A DNA stretch of 64,000 nucleotides from Bacteroidota bacterium (lineage in GTDB: Bacteria > Bacteroidota > Bacteroidia > Bacteroidales > JAAUTT01): assembly GCA_021779665.1 (NCBI GenBank), contig JAJYAG010000013.1, forward strand, positions 4,076-68,075, given 5' to 3'. How positions within the stretch are numbered: position 1 is the first letter of the stretch; the number at the start of each line of letters is the position of its first letter. A model generated the notes under the pieces. That model was not told the origin of the DNA and did no database searches. It worked only from the letters and a program-made list of their open reading frames with translations. A program made the translations under genes and the position numbers. Below, piece by piece: positions 8,576 to 16,634 of this stretch.

Positions 8576-8869
8576 ATGGGATTACAAAAAGGAAAGACAA
8601 ACAACCCCGCCGGAAGGCCGACAGGATCCTTAAACAAACTTTCAAAAGATCTTAGAAAAAATATAACTGATTTCTTAGAAGAAAATTTTGACGTTGTAAA
8701 ATCAGAATGGCAGAAACTTGAAGGAAAGGACAAACTTCAATTTTATAAGGATCTTATTCAATATGCTATTCCTAAAATGCAAACAATGGAATTTCAATCC
8801 GAATTCGAACGTCTATCGGATGAAGATTTAGACCGGATTATAAATGAATTAAAAGGAGGTGCAAAATGA
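8576..8869 (+). CDS. small basic protein with N-terminal NPAGRPTG motif
   Basis: 97-aa ORF. The N-terminus KGKTNNPAGRPTGSLNK resembles N-termini of some phage small-terminase-like/DUF5681-like proteins. This is a weak recollection. Confidence 0.55.
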   Translation: MGLQKGKTNNPAGRPTGSLNKLSKDLRKNITDFLEENFDVVKSEWQKLEGKDKLQFYKDLIQYAIPKMQTMEFQSEFERLSDEDLDRIINELKGGAK

Positions 8870-9099
8870 ACCGGAGCGAAAAAATTAAAATCTTACATGA
8901 TATAAAGGAAGGTAAGGCCAATATTGAGGACTTACACGAAACTCTTTTGGATTATTCAAAAATGACAGACGATGAGTTGAGAAAGGCTCTCCATTATACT
9001 GAAATTTATAATTTGCAGGATCCTTCTCTTATATTGCCTGATGATGCATTCGAGTTTTTTATTTACCTGAAAAATAAATATGGCTATGCGAAAAAGTAA
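8866..9099 (+). CDS. small hypothetical protein, paralog 1
   Basis: 77-aa ORF with an ATGA overlap on the upstream gene. Its N-terminus RSEKIKILHDIKEGKANIEDL is shared with the next two ORFs. Confidence 0.55.
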   Translation: MNRSEKIKILHDIKEGKANIEDLHETLLDYSKMTDDELRKALHYTEIYNLQDPSLILPDDAFEFFIYLKNKYGYAKK

Positions 9100-9340
9100 G
9101 ATCACAATTTTAGAGAGTATTAAGAAGGGCGCAATGCCATTAGCCGTCTTATCTTTCGAAACGGGTAATTATATCCGAATTCCAAATACTGCGAACTATA
9201 AACTAATGAATAAAGATGTAGTTTTCAGCTATCAGGAATTAATAAAGATAGCAGAAAATGAATGTTTTGAAATCCTAAACCCTTTATTTTCGACCGATAG
9301 CGAGAAATTCCCTTTTTGCATTACAATTACAACCAAATGA
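9080..9340 (+). CDS. small hypothetical protein, paralog 2
   Basis: 86-aa ORF overlapping the previous gene by 20 nt. RKSKITILESIKKGAMPLAVLSFETGNYIRIPN aligns with paralog 3. Confidence 0.55.
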   Translation: MAMRKSKITILESIKKGAMPLAVLSFETGNYIRIPNTANYKLMNKDVVFSYQELIKIAENECFEILNPLFSTDSEKFPFCITITTK

Positions 9341-9693
9341 AAATTAATACAATGGATAGACAAAAGAAAATTGAATTGTTGCAACAAATAGAATCCGGCG
9401 AACTTCCTTCCAATATTCTAAATATAGAACCGGGATTGTATTTGCGAACCGATGAGCCGAATATTTACCGAAATCAAAAAGGCTATACTTTAAAATATCC
9501 TGATGTTATCCAACAAAGTAAAGTACTTTCTTTATTATGCGAAATAACAAACATCACAGGCGAACATACACCCGCTTTCATTCGTGTAATGCCTTTCCCG
9601 GTTGGCTGGATAGAGCAAAAGGAATATGCTTCAATGGAAATGCCAACAGAAGAAAGGGCGAATTCAATGGCAAAATTTTGGAATATGGAATAG
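9337..9693 (+). CDS. small hypothetical protein, paralog 3
   Basis: The track ORF starts at 9316. The ATG at 9337 gives an ATGA overlap with the upstream stop. RQKKIELLQQIESGELPSNILNIEPGLYLRTDEPN aligns with paralog 2. Confidence 0.55.
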   Translation: MKINTMDRQKKIELLQQIESGELPSNILNIEPGLYLRTDEPNIYRNQKGYTLKYPDVIQQSKVLSLLCEITNITGEHTPAFIRVMPFPVGWIEQKEYASMEMPTEERANSMAKFWNME

Positions 9694-9708
9694 TATTATT
9701 TTTCAATC

Positions 9709-10203
9709 TCAATAGTAAATATCATCATTCTCAGCTCTCCTTTGCTTAATATCAGTTATATACTCTAATTCACCTCCAAGTAGCTTTGCAATATTTAGCA
9801 TTTCAGTAAATGATTCCCGATACCCTGATGATTTAATACCTTTATTTTCTATTCTAAAAAAATCAACCTTATACGTAAACATACCTGATTGCGCTCCAAG
9901 TGGTGAATAAACTTTCCCGGTAACAATAATACAGCTATCCTTTATAACAAAATCTAAAGAGCAATCGCAATCAGATTTATTTATATGTTTCTTGCCGCTT
10001 CCAATAGTGTAAAATTCTTTATCCTTATTTGCTATTTGAAAATCATTTTCAATCAAAGTTTGTCCGACTTTAAGAAAGTTATCGTCTTTCGTAAGGTTGT
10101 TTTTAATAATAATCTTATAGGTTCCTTTTGGCGGTTCCTGAGCGGAAATGCAAAATACATTCAATAGAAAAATGATCAGGATTAAAGTTGAATAGGTTTT
10201 CAT
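9709..10203 (-). CDS. secreted hypothetical protein (only minus-strand gene of the element)
   Basis: 164-aa ORF with N-terminal signal peptide MKTYSTLILIIFLLNVFCISAQ. It lies next to attR and converges on the small-gene array. Confidence 0.65.
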   Translation of the reverse strand: MKTYSTLILIIFLLNVFCISAQEPPKGTYKIIIKNNLTKDDNFLKVGQTLIENDFQIANKDKEFYTIGSGKKHINKSDCDCSLDFVIKDSCIIVTGKVYSPLGAQSGMFTYKVDFFRIENKGIKSSGYRESFTEMLNIAKLLGGELEYITDIKQRRAENDDIYY

Positions 10204-10290
10204 AAAGTAAGGTTTTGCACTAAAATTAACCCTTAAAATTTACAAAATCAAATTACGCTGGGAAATTACTTGACCGAAGAAAATCTACTA

Positions 10291-10310
10291 ACTGAGAAAA
10301 TACTGAGAAA
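10291..10310 (+). repeat. 20-bp repeat ACTGAGAAAATACTGAGAAA (putative integrase arm-type site, right)
   Basis: Identical to 4007-4026 and in the same orientation. Confidence 0.5.
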
Positions 10311-10322
10311 ATTCATGAAATG

Positions 10323-10360
10323 AAAAACCCCGTTAGCTTATTTTACGGGCTTCCGGGGTT
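10323..10360 (-). terminator. element-borne hairpin terminator following the reconstituted tRNA-Cys
   Basis: AACCCCG (10326-10332) pairs with CGGGGTT (10354-10360). On the minus strand a T-run follows. The sequence is homologous to the hairpin at 3829-3871. Confidence 0.45.
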
Positions 10361-10365
10361 CATTG

Positions 10366-10382
10366 TTGAGGTCGATGGCGGA
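10366..10382. repeat. attR core (TTGAGGTCGATGGCGGA)
   Basis: Exact copy of 3873-3889. It overlaps the T-stem 3' strand, acceptor 3' strand and discriminator of tRNA-Cys. Confidence 0.8.
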
Positions 10383-10439
10383 TTCGAACCGCCGTAAACG
10401 GTTTTGCAGACCGCTGCCTAGCCACTCGGCCAACCGACC
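10369..10439 (-). tRNA. tRNA-Cys (anticodon GCA)
   Basis: The reverse complement folds as a 71-nt cloverleaf. Acceptor GGTCGGT pairs with ATCGACC. The anticodon stem is GCGGT/ACCGT with loop CTGCAAA. The T arm is GGCGG-TTCGAAT-CCGCC. The discriminator is U73, as expected for tRNA-Cys. CCA is not encoded. Confidence 0.9.
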
Positions 10440-10457
10440 ATTTTTACTTTGGGTGTG

Positions 10458-10465
10458 CAAAGATA
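10458..10465 (-). promoter_or_regulatory. Bacteroidota -7 promoter motif (TATCTTTG) for tRNA-Cys
   Basis: The minus strand reads TATCTTTG, matching TAnnTTTG. It lies 19 nt upstream of the mature tRNA 5' end. Confidence 0.4.
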
Positions 10466-10588
10466 TAAAAAAAATAATTACTTCCTAAGGTAGGTGTTAG
10501 GTTTTTAGGAGTTCAGGCTTTAGGCCTTTGTTTGTCAAATTCAGTAATCCCCTGGAAGTGCATTTTCCTAAAGCCTAAAGCCTATAAC

Positions 10589-10795
10589 CTAAATCCCTAA
10601 GTCGCTATTTCTTAATTGTTCCTTATTTTCTGCAAATTCTTTCAAACATTCCGGGCACAGACAATTATCCCAGGTTTTGCGGATATAATAGAGGTTTTTG
10701 GGCAATATCTGGTATTGTTCGCACCAGCAATCTTCGCCCATACACTTAAATCCGGTGCCACATTTGGGGCATTCTTTATTTTTTGGAGTCGACAT
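10589..10795 (-). CDS. cysteine-rich CWC-family small protein
   Basis: 68-aa ORF containing CPKCG...CMGEDCWCE...CLCPEC, the pattern of the cysteine-rich CWC family. Confidence 0.55.
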   Translation of the reverse strand: MSTPKNKECPKCGTGFKCMGEDCWCEQYQILPKNLYYIRKTWDNCLCPECLKEFAENKEQLRNSDLGI

Positions 10796-10836
10796 TTTTG
10801 TAATATTTTATATGTATTTGAAATACAGTCCTTTAC

Positions 10837-10976
10837 CTCGTCTAAAAAAGGTACGAGGCTGTGTGAAAAATTTGGAAAGACTTCGACTACGCTCAGTCTG
10901 ACTGTTGACAATCTGCTGTTTGTCATATTGAGCGGAGTCGAAATATGACTGAGAATTGACTTTTCACACGGCCTCG
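10837..10976. repeat. compound three-tier palindrome (structured RNA or MITE/REP-like element)
   Basis: The outer arms are 10854-10869 and 10961-10976 (16 bp, one G-T). The middle arms are 10883-10895 and 10929-10941 (13 bp, one mismatch). The inner pair is GACAA/TTGTC at 10907-10924. A competing hairpin CCTCGT/ACGAGG lies at 10837-10858. Confidence 0.6.
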
Positions 10977-10987
10977 TGAGGCTCTTT

Positions 10988-11338
10988 CTATCTTTCATAT
11001 TCAACACTTACACTTCTTATCTGGCCGCCCATGGGAGGATGAAGCTTGGCAATCTTTATGGTCGCTTTCTTTAATTGCGGGAAATTCTGATACAAAGCAT
11101 CCATAACTCTTTTAGCAATATTTTCAAGCAGGTTCGACCTGATCATCATCTGTTCCTTTACAATGTTATAAGCATGATGATAGTTGAGTGCATCGCCAAT
11201 ATTGTCACTTTGCGAAGGTGTTGTAATATCGGTTTCCATAACAAGATCTACCAGAAATTTATTACCTACAATTTGTTCCGCCTCATAACAGCCGTGATAG
11301 GCGAAAAACTCCATTCCTTCTATGCGTATCAGTCCCAT
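10988..11338 (-). CDS. folB: dihydroneopterin aldolase
   Basis: 116-aa ORF. It reads MGLIRIEGMEFFAYHGCYEAEQIVGNKF...; its length and pattern are typical of FolB. Confidence 0.8.
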   Translation of the reverse strand: MGLIRIEGMEFFAYHGCYEAEQIVGNKFLVDLVMETDITTPSQSDNIGDALNYHHAYNIVKEQMMIRSNLLENIAKRVMDALYQNFPQLKKATIKIAKLHPPMGGQIRSVSVEYER

Positions 11339-11345
11339 ATAAATT

Positions 11346-12767
11346 TTAAAATATGCTATAAGAACAGCTTAAGTTAAAAGAAGTAGCAAAATTATTCTTT
11401 TTTATTGTTTCTGTCATCACTTCGGAGTTGCTTCCGCCATATCTTAAGCCTAAAGTGTAATTAATATTAAACCTTTCCGAAAGATATAAATATCCATTCA
11501 GCCAAAGAGTTACATTATAAACCAGGTCCGTAGATACATTAGAGGTACTGTTTTTCGGTTTTACCCATTCCTTTTGAATATTCGGATTAAGCGATAATAC
11601 ATGATATGATCTCGAGTCGGGATAAAATCCATAACCCCAGTTAAAGTTGAGGTAAGCCCATTCGTTGTTTAAAGTTTCTTTGGTTGTCGGTGAATTTTTT
11701 TCTTCACGGGTATTTTTTACATCAGCAATCCTGTAACCCGTTTCAAGTCGGATGCTGCGTTGCCACTTCAGATTTATCGGCTTTTCAAAGTCGCCAAGTA
11801 TAGAGATCCCCAATCCATTATTAAAGCTGAAGTTTTTCTCGGCCGATAAATGGTTATTAATCGAATAGCCAAGGGAGGGGCCCATACCTATTGAAAATCT
11901 GTTTCCCGAAACTCGCCAGGGATTGTTTGCATACCCCCAGTTGTCAATTATACCTGAGAAATAAACAGCATTCTGTGCGCCGCTAAATCCGTTATCTCTG
12001 ATAAAACTATCAAGCGCCTGTATCTCATAAATCCTTCTTTTTCGCGCGTCGAAATGGCGCTTATTTCTCAGCTGTGTTATTTTGGTCGCAAATGCCAGGA
12101 TGTCCTCGTCCGAAATAGCTTTTGCGAGTTGATTATTCTTTTGTAAATCTTCCAGAATGAAAATGGCCATCCTTGCGTCTTCAACATTCTCCAGTCGCCC
12201 TAATCCAAATCGTACAGGCAGGGAAATATTGCTGTATAGGGTTCTTTTATCCTCTGTAAATTTGGTGGTAATATTACTTGAAGTGTTTTCCGATTTATAG
12301 TTTTGGAGCGATACATCAACAAAACCAACAGGATTTATCTCGAAAAACATATTCCTTCTGAAGTATAATCTGTTTTCCGAATTGAAGTTAAAAGCAGCAT
12401 TGTAAGTATTGTTCGTTAATTTCGATTGGGAGGGATCGGTAATCTTATTTTGCCGGTTGAAGGTAGATAAATAGTTATTGGGCTTTATCTCCAAATTAAT
12501 GAATGTTTGTTTTTGGATTTTTCTGGTGTTTTGAATTGAGGAATAATCAAGTTTGAGATTCGGATAAATGTTTGTTGTATGACTATGAGCGTCTTCTGAA
12601 TCCTTATTGTTTTCTTCGTATCCTCCATTTATAAATCCCGAGAAATCCAACATACGCCTGGAATAATCGGCTGTTTTATACTTCGATAAATCGAACGAAT
12701 TGAATTGAGCATGAACAATGGTTGTGCAAAAAAGCATTGCAATCAGCGAAAGAATTGATAATTTCAT
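11346..12767 (-). CDS. hypothetical outer-membrane beta-barrel-like protein
   Basis: 473-aa ORF. It has a signal peptide ending VHAQ, alternating-hydrophobic segments rich in Y/N/S, and a C-terminal aromatic residue (YSIF). Confidence 0.6.
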   Translation of the reverse strand: MKLSILSLIAMLFCTTIVHAQFNSFDLSKYKTADYSRRMLDFSGFINGGYEENNKDSEDAHSHTTNIYPNLKLDYSSIQNTRKIQKQTFINLEIKPNNYLSTFNRQNKITDPSQSKLTNNTYNAAFNFNSENRLYFRRNMFFEINPVGFVDVSLQNYKSENTSSNITTKFTEDKRTLYSNISLPVRFGLGRLENVEDARMAIFILEDLQKNNQLAKAISDEDILAFATKITQLRNKRHFDARKRRIYEIQALDSFIRDNGFSGAQNAVYFSGIIDNWGYANNPWRVSGNRFSIGMGPSLGYSINNHLSAEKNFSFNNGLGISILGDFEKPINLKWQRSIRLETGYRIADVKNTREEKNSPTTKETLNNEWAYLNFNWGYGFYPDSRSYHVLSLNPNIQKEWVKPKNSTSNVSTDLVYNVTLWLNGYLYLSERFNINYTLGLRYGGSNSEVMTETIKKNNFATSFNLSCSYSIF

Positions 12768-12964
12768 AACGGTTAGATTTAGGTTATTCTTTGGAATTGT
12801 AAATGATTTATAAAAAGTTAAGCTTCCAAAAATTATTCCGTTTCTAAGAATAATTTATCATGTATATTTGATGTTTAATAAAATTGATGAACTTCAGCCT
12901 TTAAAATTAGAGGAATAGATTGAAAAAGCGATATAAATATAAAAATTGTTAAAGTTTACTTTAC

Positions 12965-14686
12965 ATGGAAATTTCGGACGATAAGAAGATAGGTGATAAG
13001 GAACTTGAATCAAAAAATTTCATTCATAATATTATTGAAGAAGATATCCGTACCCAAAAGTATGGCGGAAGGGTTCATACGCGTTTCCCGCCGGAACCTA
13101 ACGGGTACCTGCATATAGGTCATGCCAAGTCTATTTGCCTTAACTTTGGCACTGCCACCAAGTACAACGGCAAGTGTAACCTGCGTTTCGACGATACCAA
13201 CCCTGCCAAAGAGGATACCGAATATGTCGATTCCATTAAGGAAGATGTTCATTGGCTTGGTTTCGATTGGGAAGGCCGCGAGTTTTATGCAAGCGACTAT
13301 TTTGAAACGCTTTACGAATATGCCATAAAACTCATAAAAAAAGGTAAGGCTTATGTTTGCGACTTAAGTCAGGAAGAAATGGGCGCTTACCGCGGAACGG
13401 TGACTCAGCCGGGTAAGGACAGTCCTTACAGGAACCGCTCAGTTGAAGAAAATCTTCATCTCTTTGAGCAGATGCGCGCCGGAGTTTTTCACGACGGCTC
13501 CAAAGTTTTACGTGCCAAAATCGACATGGCTCATTCGAACATGCTGATGCGCGACCCGATTCTGTATCGCATTCTGCATACCGATCATCACCGTACCGGC
13601 GACAAATGGTGTATTTATCCCATGTACGACTTTGCCCATGGCCAGAGCGATTCCATTGAAGGTATCACCCACTCGCTCTGTACACTGGAGTTCGAAGTGC
13701 ATCGCCCGCTTTACGATTGGTTTGTCAAAGAACTTGAAATATATGCGCCGCAGCAGATCGAATTTGCACGATTAAACCTTACATATACCGTGATGAGCAA
13801 ACGTAAGCTGCTTACCCTGGTGAAAGAAGGCATAGTAAGGGGATGGGACGATCCGCGGATGCCAACCATTTGCGGTTTACGCCGTCGTGGTTACACTCCC
13901 GAAAGTGTGCGGAACTTTGCTGAAAGGGTAGGGGTTGCCCGCCGCGATCAGGTAATTGATGTTGCTCTGCTTGAGTTCTGCGTTCGCGAAGACCTGAACA
14001 AGAAAGCTAAACGCGTAATGGGCGTTTTTAATCCGTTAAAAGTTACTGTAACCAATTATCCCGAAGGTCAGGTTGAATGGCTCGAAGCCATCAATAACCC
14101 GGAGGATGAGACGGCTGGAACCCGGCAGGTGCCCTTTAGCAGGGAACTTTATATTGAACGCGACGACTTTATGGAAAATCCTCCTAAAAAGTTTTTCCGT
14201 CTCGCTCCCGGTGCTGAAGTGCGTTTACGCTATGCTTATTTCCTGAAATGTGAAGAAGTAGTAAAGGATACTGAAGGTAATGTTATAGAGTTGAAATGCT
14301 CCATCGATCCTGCATCAAAAGGAGGAAACTCTCCCGATGGCCGCAAAGTAAAAGGTACCATTCACTGGGTTTCGGCTAACCATGCGCTTAAGGCCGACGC
14401 AAGATTGTACGACAGACTGTTTTTGAAAGAAGATCCGGAAGATACAGGTGAGGACTGCGATTTTAAAGTCAATCTCAACCCTGAGTCTCTTGTTGTTAAA
14501 GAGTGCTATGTAGAACCTTTCCTGAAAGATGCTCAGAAAATGGATAAAATTCAATTTGAACGTATTGGTTATTTCTGTGTCGATCCCGATTCTACTGCCT
14601 CGAAACTGGTATTTAACCGCACGGTCACGTTAAAAGACAGTTGGGCAAAGATCGCAGGAAAAGAAGAAGGTGCTGATAACAAGTGA
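12965..14686 (+). CDS. glnS: glutaminyl-tRNA synthetase
   Basis: 573-aa ORF with class I signatures LHIGHAKS (HIGH) and VMSKR (KMSKS). The overall pattern is GlnRS-like. Confidence 0.9.
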   Translation: MEISDDKKIGDKELESKNFIHNIIEEDIRTQKYGGRVHTRFPPEPNGYLHIGHAKSICLNFGTATKYNGKCNLRFDDTNPAKEDTEYVDSIKEDVHWLGFDWEGREFYASDYFETLYEYAIKLIKKGKAYVCDLSQEEMGAYRGTVTQPGKDSPYRNRSVEENLHLFEQMRAGVFHDGSKVLRAKIDMAHSNMLMRDPILYRILHTDHHRTGDKWCIYPMYDFAHGQSDSIEGITHSLCTLEFEVHRPLYDWFVKELEIYAPQQIEFARLNLTYTVMSKRKLLTLVKEGIVRGWDDPRMPTICGLRRRGYTPESVRNFAERVGVARRDQVIDVALLEFCVREDLNKKAKRVMGVFNPLKVTVTNYPEGQVEWLEAINNPEDETAGTRQVPFSRELYIERDDFMENPPKKFFRLAPGAEVRLRYAYFLKCEEVVKDTEGNVIELKCSIDPASKGGNSPDGRKVKGTIHWVSANHALKADARLYDRLFLKEDPEDTGEDCDFKVNLNPESLVVKECYVEPFLKDAQKMDKIQFERIGYFCVDPDSTASKLVFNRTVTLKDSWAKIAGKEEGADNK

Positions 14687-14777
14687 TTAAAAGCCTGATT
14701 TTAATTTTTTCTATGATATAGCTAAGAAGCTGCTAAATTTTTTTTCAAAAAATGAGTACAACATATATTTTTTCAAT

Positions 14778-14785
14778 TAAATTTG
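14778..14785 (+). promoter_or_regulatory. Bacteroidota -7 promoter motif (TAAATTTG) for tRNA-Gln
   Basis: Matches TAnnTTTG and lies 14 nt upstream of the tRNA 5' end. The extended TTTGCAGCT-TTAAA context recurs at 48846. Confidence 0.4.
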
Positions 14786-14798
14786 CAGCTCTTAAAAT

Positions 14799-14871
14799 TG
14801 TCCTGTGGTGTAATTGGCAACACGTCAGATTCTGGATCTGAATAGTCCAGGTTCGACCCCTGGCAGGACAA
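14799..14871 (+). tRNA. tRNA-Gln (anticodon CTG)
   Basis: 73-nt cloverleaf. Acceptor TGTCCTG pairs with CAGGACA, giving U1-A72 as in bacterial tRNA-Gln. The anticodon stem is TCAGA/TCTGA with loop TTCTGGA. The T arm is CCAGG-TTCGACC-CCTGG. Confidence 0.9.
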
Positions 14872-14879
14872 CAACTCTG

Positions 14880-14912
14880 AACCCTTTCAATTCAATTTGA
14901 AGGGGTTTTTTA
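14880..14912 (+). terminator. rho-independent terminator after tRNA-Gln
   Basis: An 11-bp stem joins AACCCTTTCAA and TTGAAGGGGTT (one G-T). A TTTTTT run follows. Confidence 0.7.
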
Positions 14913-15043
14913 TTTGGATGAATTTTTCTTTTAGATGCTAACCAACATATCCGTTTCAAATGATGCCTAAATTTGATAACTTGCATTTGGTTTAATCCTG
15001 AAACAATCGCAAATACGAAGCAACTACTCAAAATATTAACTTA

Positions 15044-16603
15044 ATGAACAGAGAGCATTTTCTTCTCAGGTTAGAACAGGACCAGGAATGGGATCTTGTT
15101 GTAATCGGAGGAGGAGCATCAGGGATTGGTTCGGCCATTGAGGCTGTCACCCGCGGTTTAAAAACACTTCTGCTCGAACAGCACGATTTTTCCAAAGGCA
15201 CTTCCAGTCGAAGTACCAAACTTGTTCATGGTGGCGTCCGTTACCTTGCGCAGGGTAATATTTCCCTTGTACTGGAAGCGCTCCGCGAGAGAGGCAGACT
15301 CAGAAAAAATGCCCCACATCTGGTAAAACAGCAGGCTTTTATTATTCCAAATTATAACTTTTGGGGTGTTCCGTTTTACACCATTGGCCTCACCATATAC
15401 GATCTGATGGCTGGTAAATGGCGCTTTGGTTCCTCGAAACCCTATTCTGCAGCCACTACCTTAAAAAAAGCTCCAACATTAATTAAGCATCATTTAACAG
15501 GAGGTGTTCTTTACTATGACGGTCAATTTGATGATTCCCGGTTGGCGATAAATATGGTACAAACATTTTGCGAACATGGCGGAACGGCTTTAAACTATGT
15601 TAAGGTTACCGGTTTGTTGAAGGATAACTCAAAAATTTGCGCGGTAGAGGCTGTTGATTTGGAAACAGGAAAGAGCTTTATCATCAAAGCCAAAGCCGTT
15701 CTGAATGCTACCGGCATTTTTGTGGATCAGGTTTTGAAAATGGACGATCCGGAGGCGAAGGATATTGTTCGCCCAAGTCAGGGTGTTCACCTGGTGGTTG
15801 ATAAAAAATTTCTTCCGGGCGATTGTGCCATCATGATTCCCAAAACTTCCGATGGGCGCGTGTTTTTTGCTGTTCCCTGGCACAATAAGGTTGTGTTGGG
15901 AACTACCGATGTAAAAAAGGACGCCATTGAACTTGAACCGCGTGCACTGGATGAGGAGGTGAATTTTATTCTCGAAACCGCTTCTCAGTTCCTGGAATTA
16001 CCGCCGCTCAGGTCCGATGTTCGGAGCGTTTTTGCCGGATTACGTCCATTGGCTGCTCCGGCAGGCACGAGTACTAAAACCAAAGAAATTTCGAGAGGGC
16101 ATGTTATCAAAGTTTCTCCATCGAGTCTTGTATCGCTCATTGGAGGGAAGTGGACTACTTACCGGCAAATGGGAGAGGATACAATTGACCGCATCGCCGA
16201 AGTGCATCAGTTGAATATAAAACCTTCGGCTACTGCCGATTTGAAAATCCATGGGTATAAAGAAAAGGGTGACTCATCCTCTCCAAGAGACTTTTATGGA
16301 GCCGATGAAGATGTGCTGGATAATCTGACAACAGAAAATCCTGCATTAGCTGATGCTTTGGGCATCGACCTCGGTATGATTAAAGCTCAGATTGTGCTGG
16401 CAGTTCGCAACGAAATGGCTCGTACCGTTGAAGATGTGCTTGCGCGTCGTACCCGGGCTCTTTTCCTCGATGCAAAACAAAGTATTGCCATGGCTCCGGA
16501 GGTGGCCCGAATTATGGCCGATGAACTCGGCAAGGATGAAGATTGGCAAAAACAACAGATTGAAGAATACACAATTCTTGCAAACAGATATCTTTTGAGT
16601 TAA
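15044..16603 (+). CDS. glpD: FAD-dependent glycerol-3-phosphate dehydrogenase
   Basis: 519-aa ORF with the N-terminal dinucleotide fold [11 protein letters not shown]. The length and pattern are GlpD/GlpA-like, and glpK and glpF follow it. Confidence 0.85.
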   Translation: MNREHFLLRLEQDQEWDLVVIGGGASGIGSAIEAVTRGLKTLLLEQHDFSKGTSSRSTKLVHGGVRYLAQGNISLVLEALRERGRLRKNAPHLVKQQAFIIPNYNFWGVPFYTIGLTIYDLMAGKWRFGSSKPYSAATTLKKAPTLIKHHLTGGVLYYDGQFDDSRLAINMVQTFCEHGGTALNYVKVTGLLKDNSKICAVEAVDLETGKSFIIKAKAVLNATGIFVDQVLKMDDPEAKDIVRPSQGVHLVVDKKFLPGDCAIMIPKTSDGRVFFAVPWHNKVVLGTTDVKKDAIELEPRALDEEVNFILETASQFLELPPLRSDVRSVFAGLRPLAAPAGTSTKTKEISRGHVIKVSPSSLVSLIGGKWTTYRQMGEDTIDRIAEVHQLNIKPSATADLKIHGYKEKGDSSSPRDFYGADEDVLDNLTTENPALADALGIDLGMIKAQIVLAVRNEMARTVEDVLARRTRALFLDAKQSIAMAPEVARIMADELGKDEDWQKQQIEEYTILANRYLLS

Positions 16604-16634
16604 TTTCAGCATTTACTACTTAACTATCTTCCTT

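Larger units (their letters stand above)
3873..10382. mobile_element. ~6.5-kb integrative element inserted in the 3' end of tRNA-Cys (candidate phage satellite or minimalist IME)
   Basis: An exact 17-bp direct repeat is found at both ends, and the right copy is part of an intact tRNA-Cys. A tyrosine integrase lies next to attL. By eye the DNA is markedly more AT-rich than the flanks. Confidence 0.75.

Noticed and set aside
10616-11007. Track ORFs 10616-10948(+) and 10642-11007(-) spanning the folB-CWC spacer
   Set aside because: They overlap each other, the CWC gene and the three-tier palindrome. Long palindromes generate open frames on both strands. No protein motif is recognised.
14825-15219. 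Small minus-strand ORFs overlapping tRNA-Gln, its terminator and the glpD start
   Set aside because: They overlap a well-folded tRNA and a strongly supported CDS. There is no coding evidence for them.
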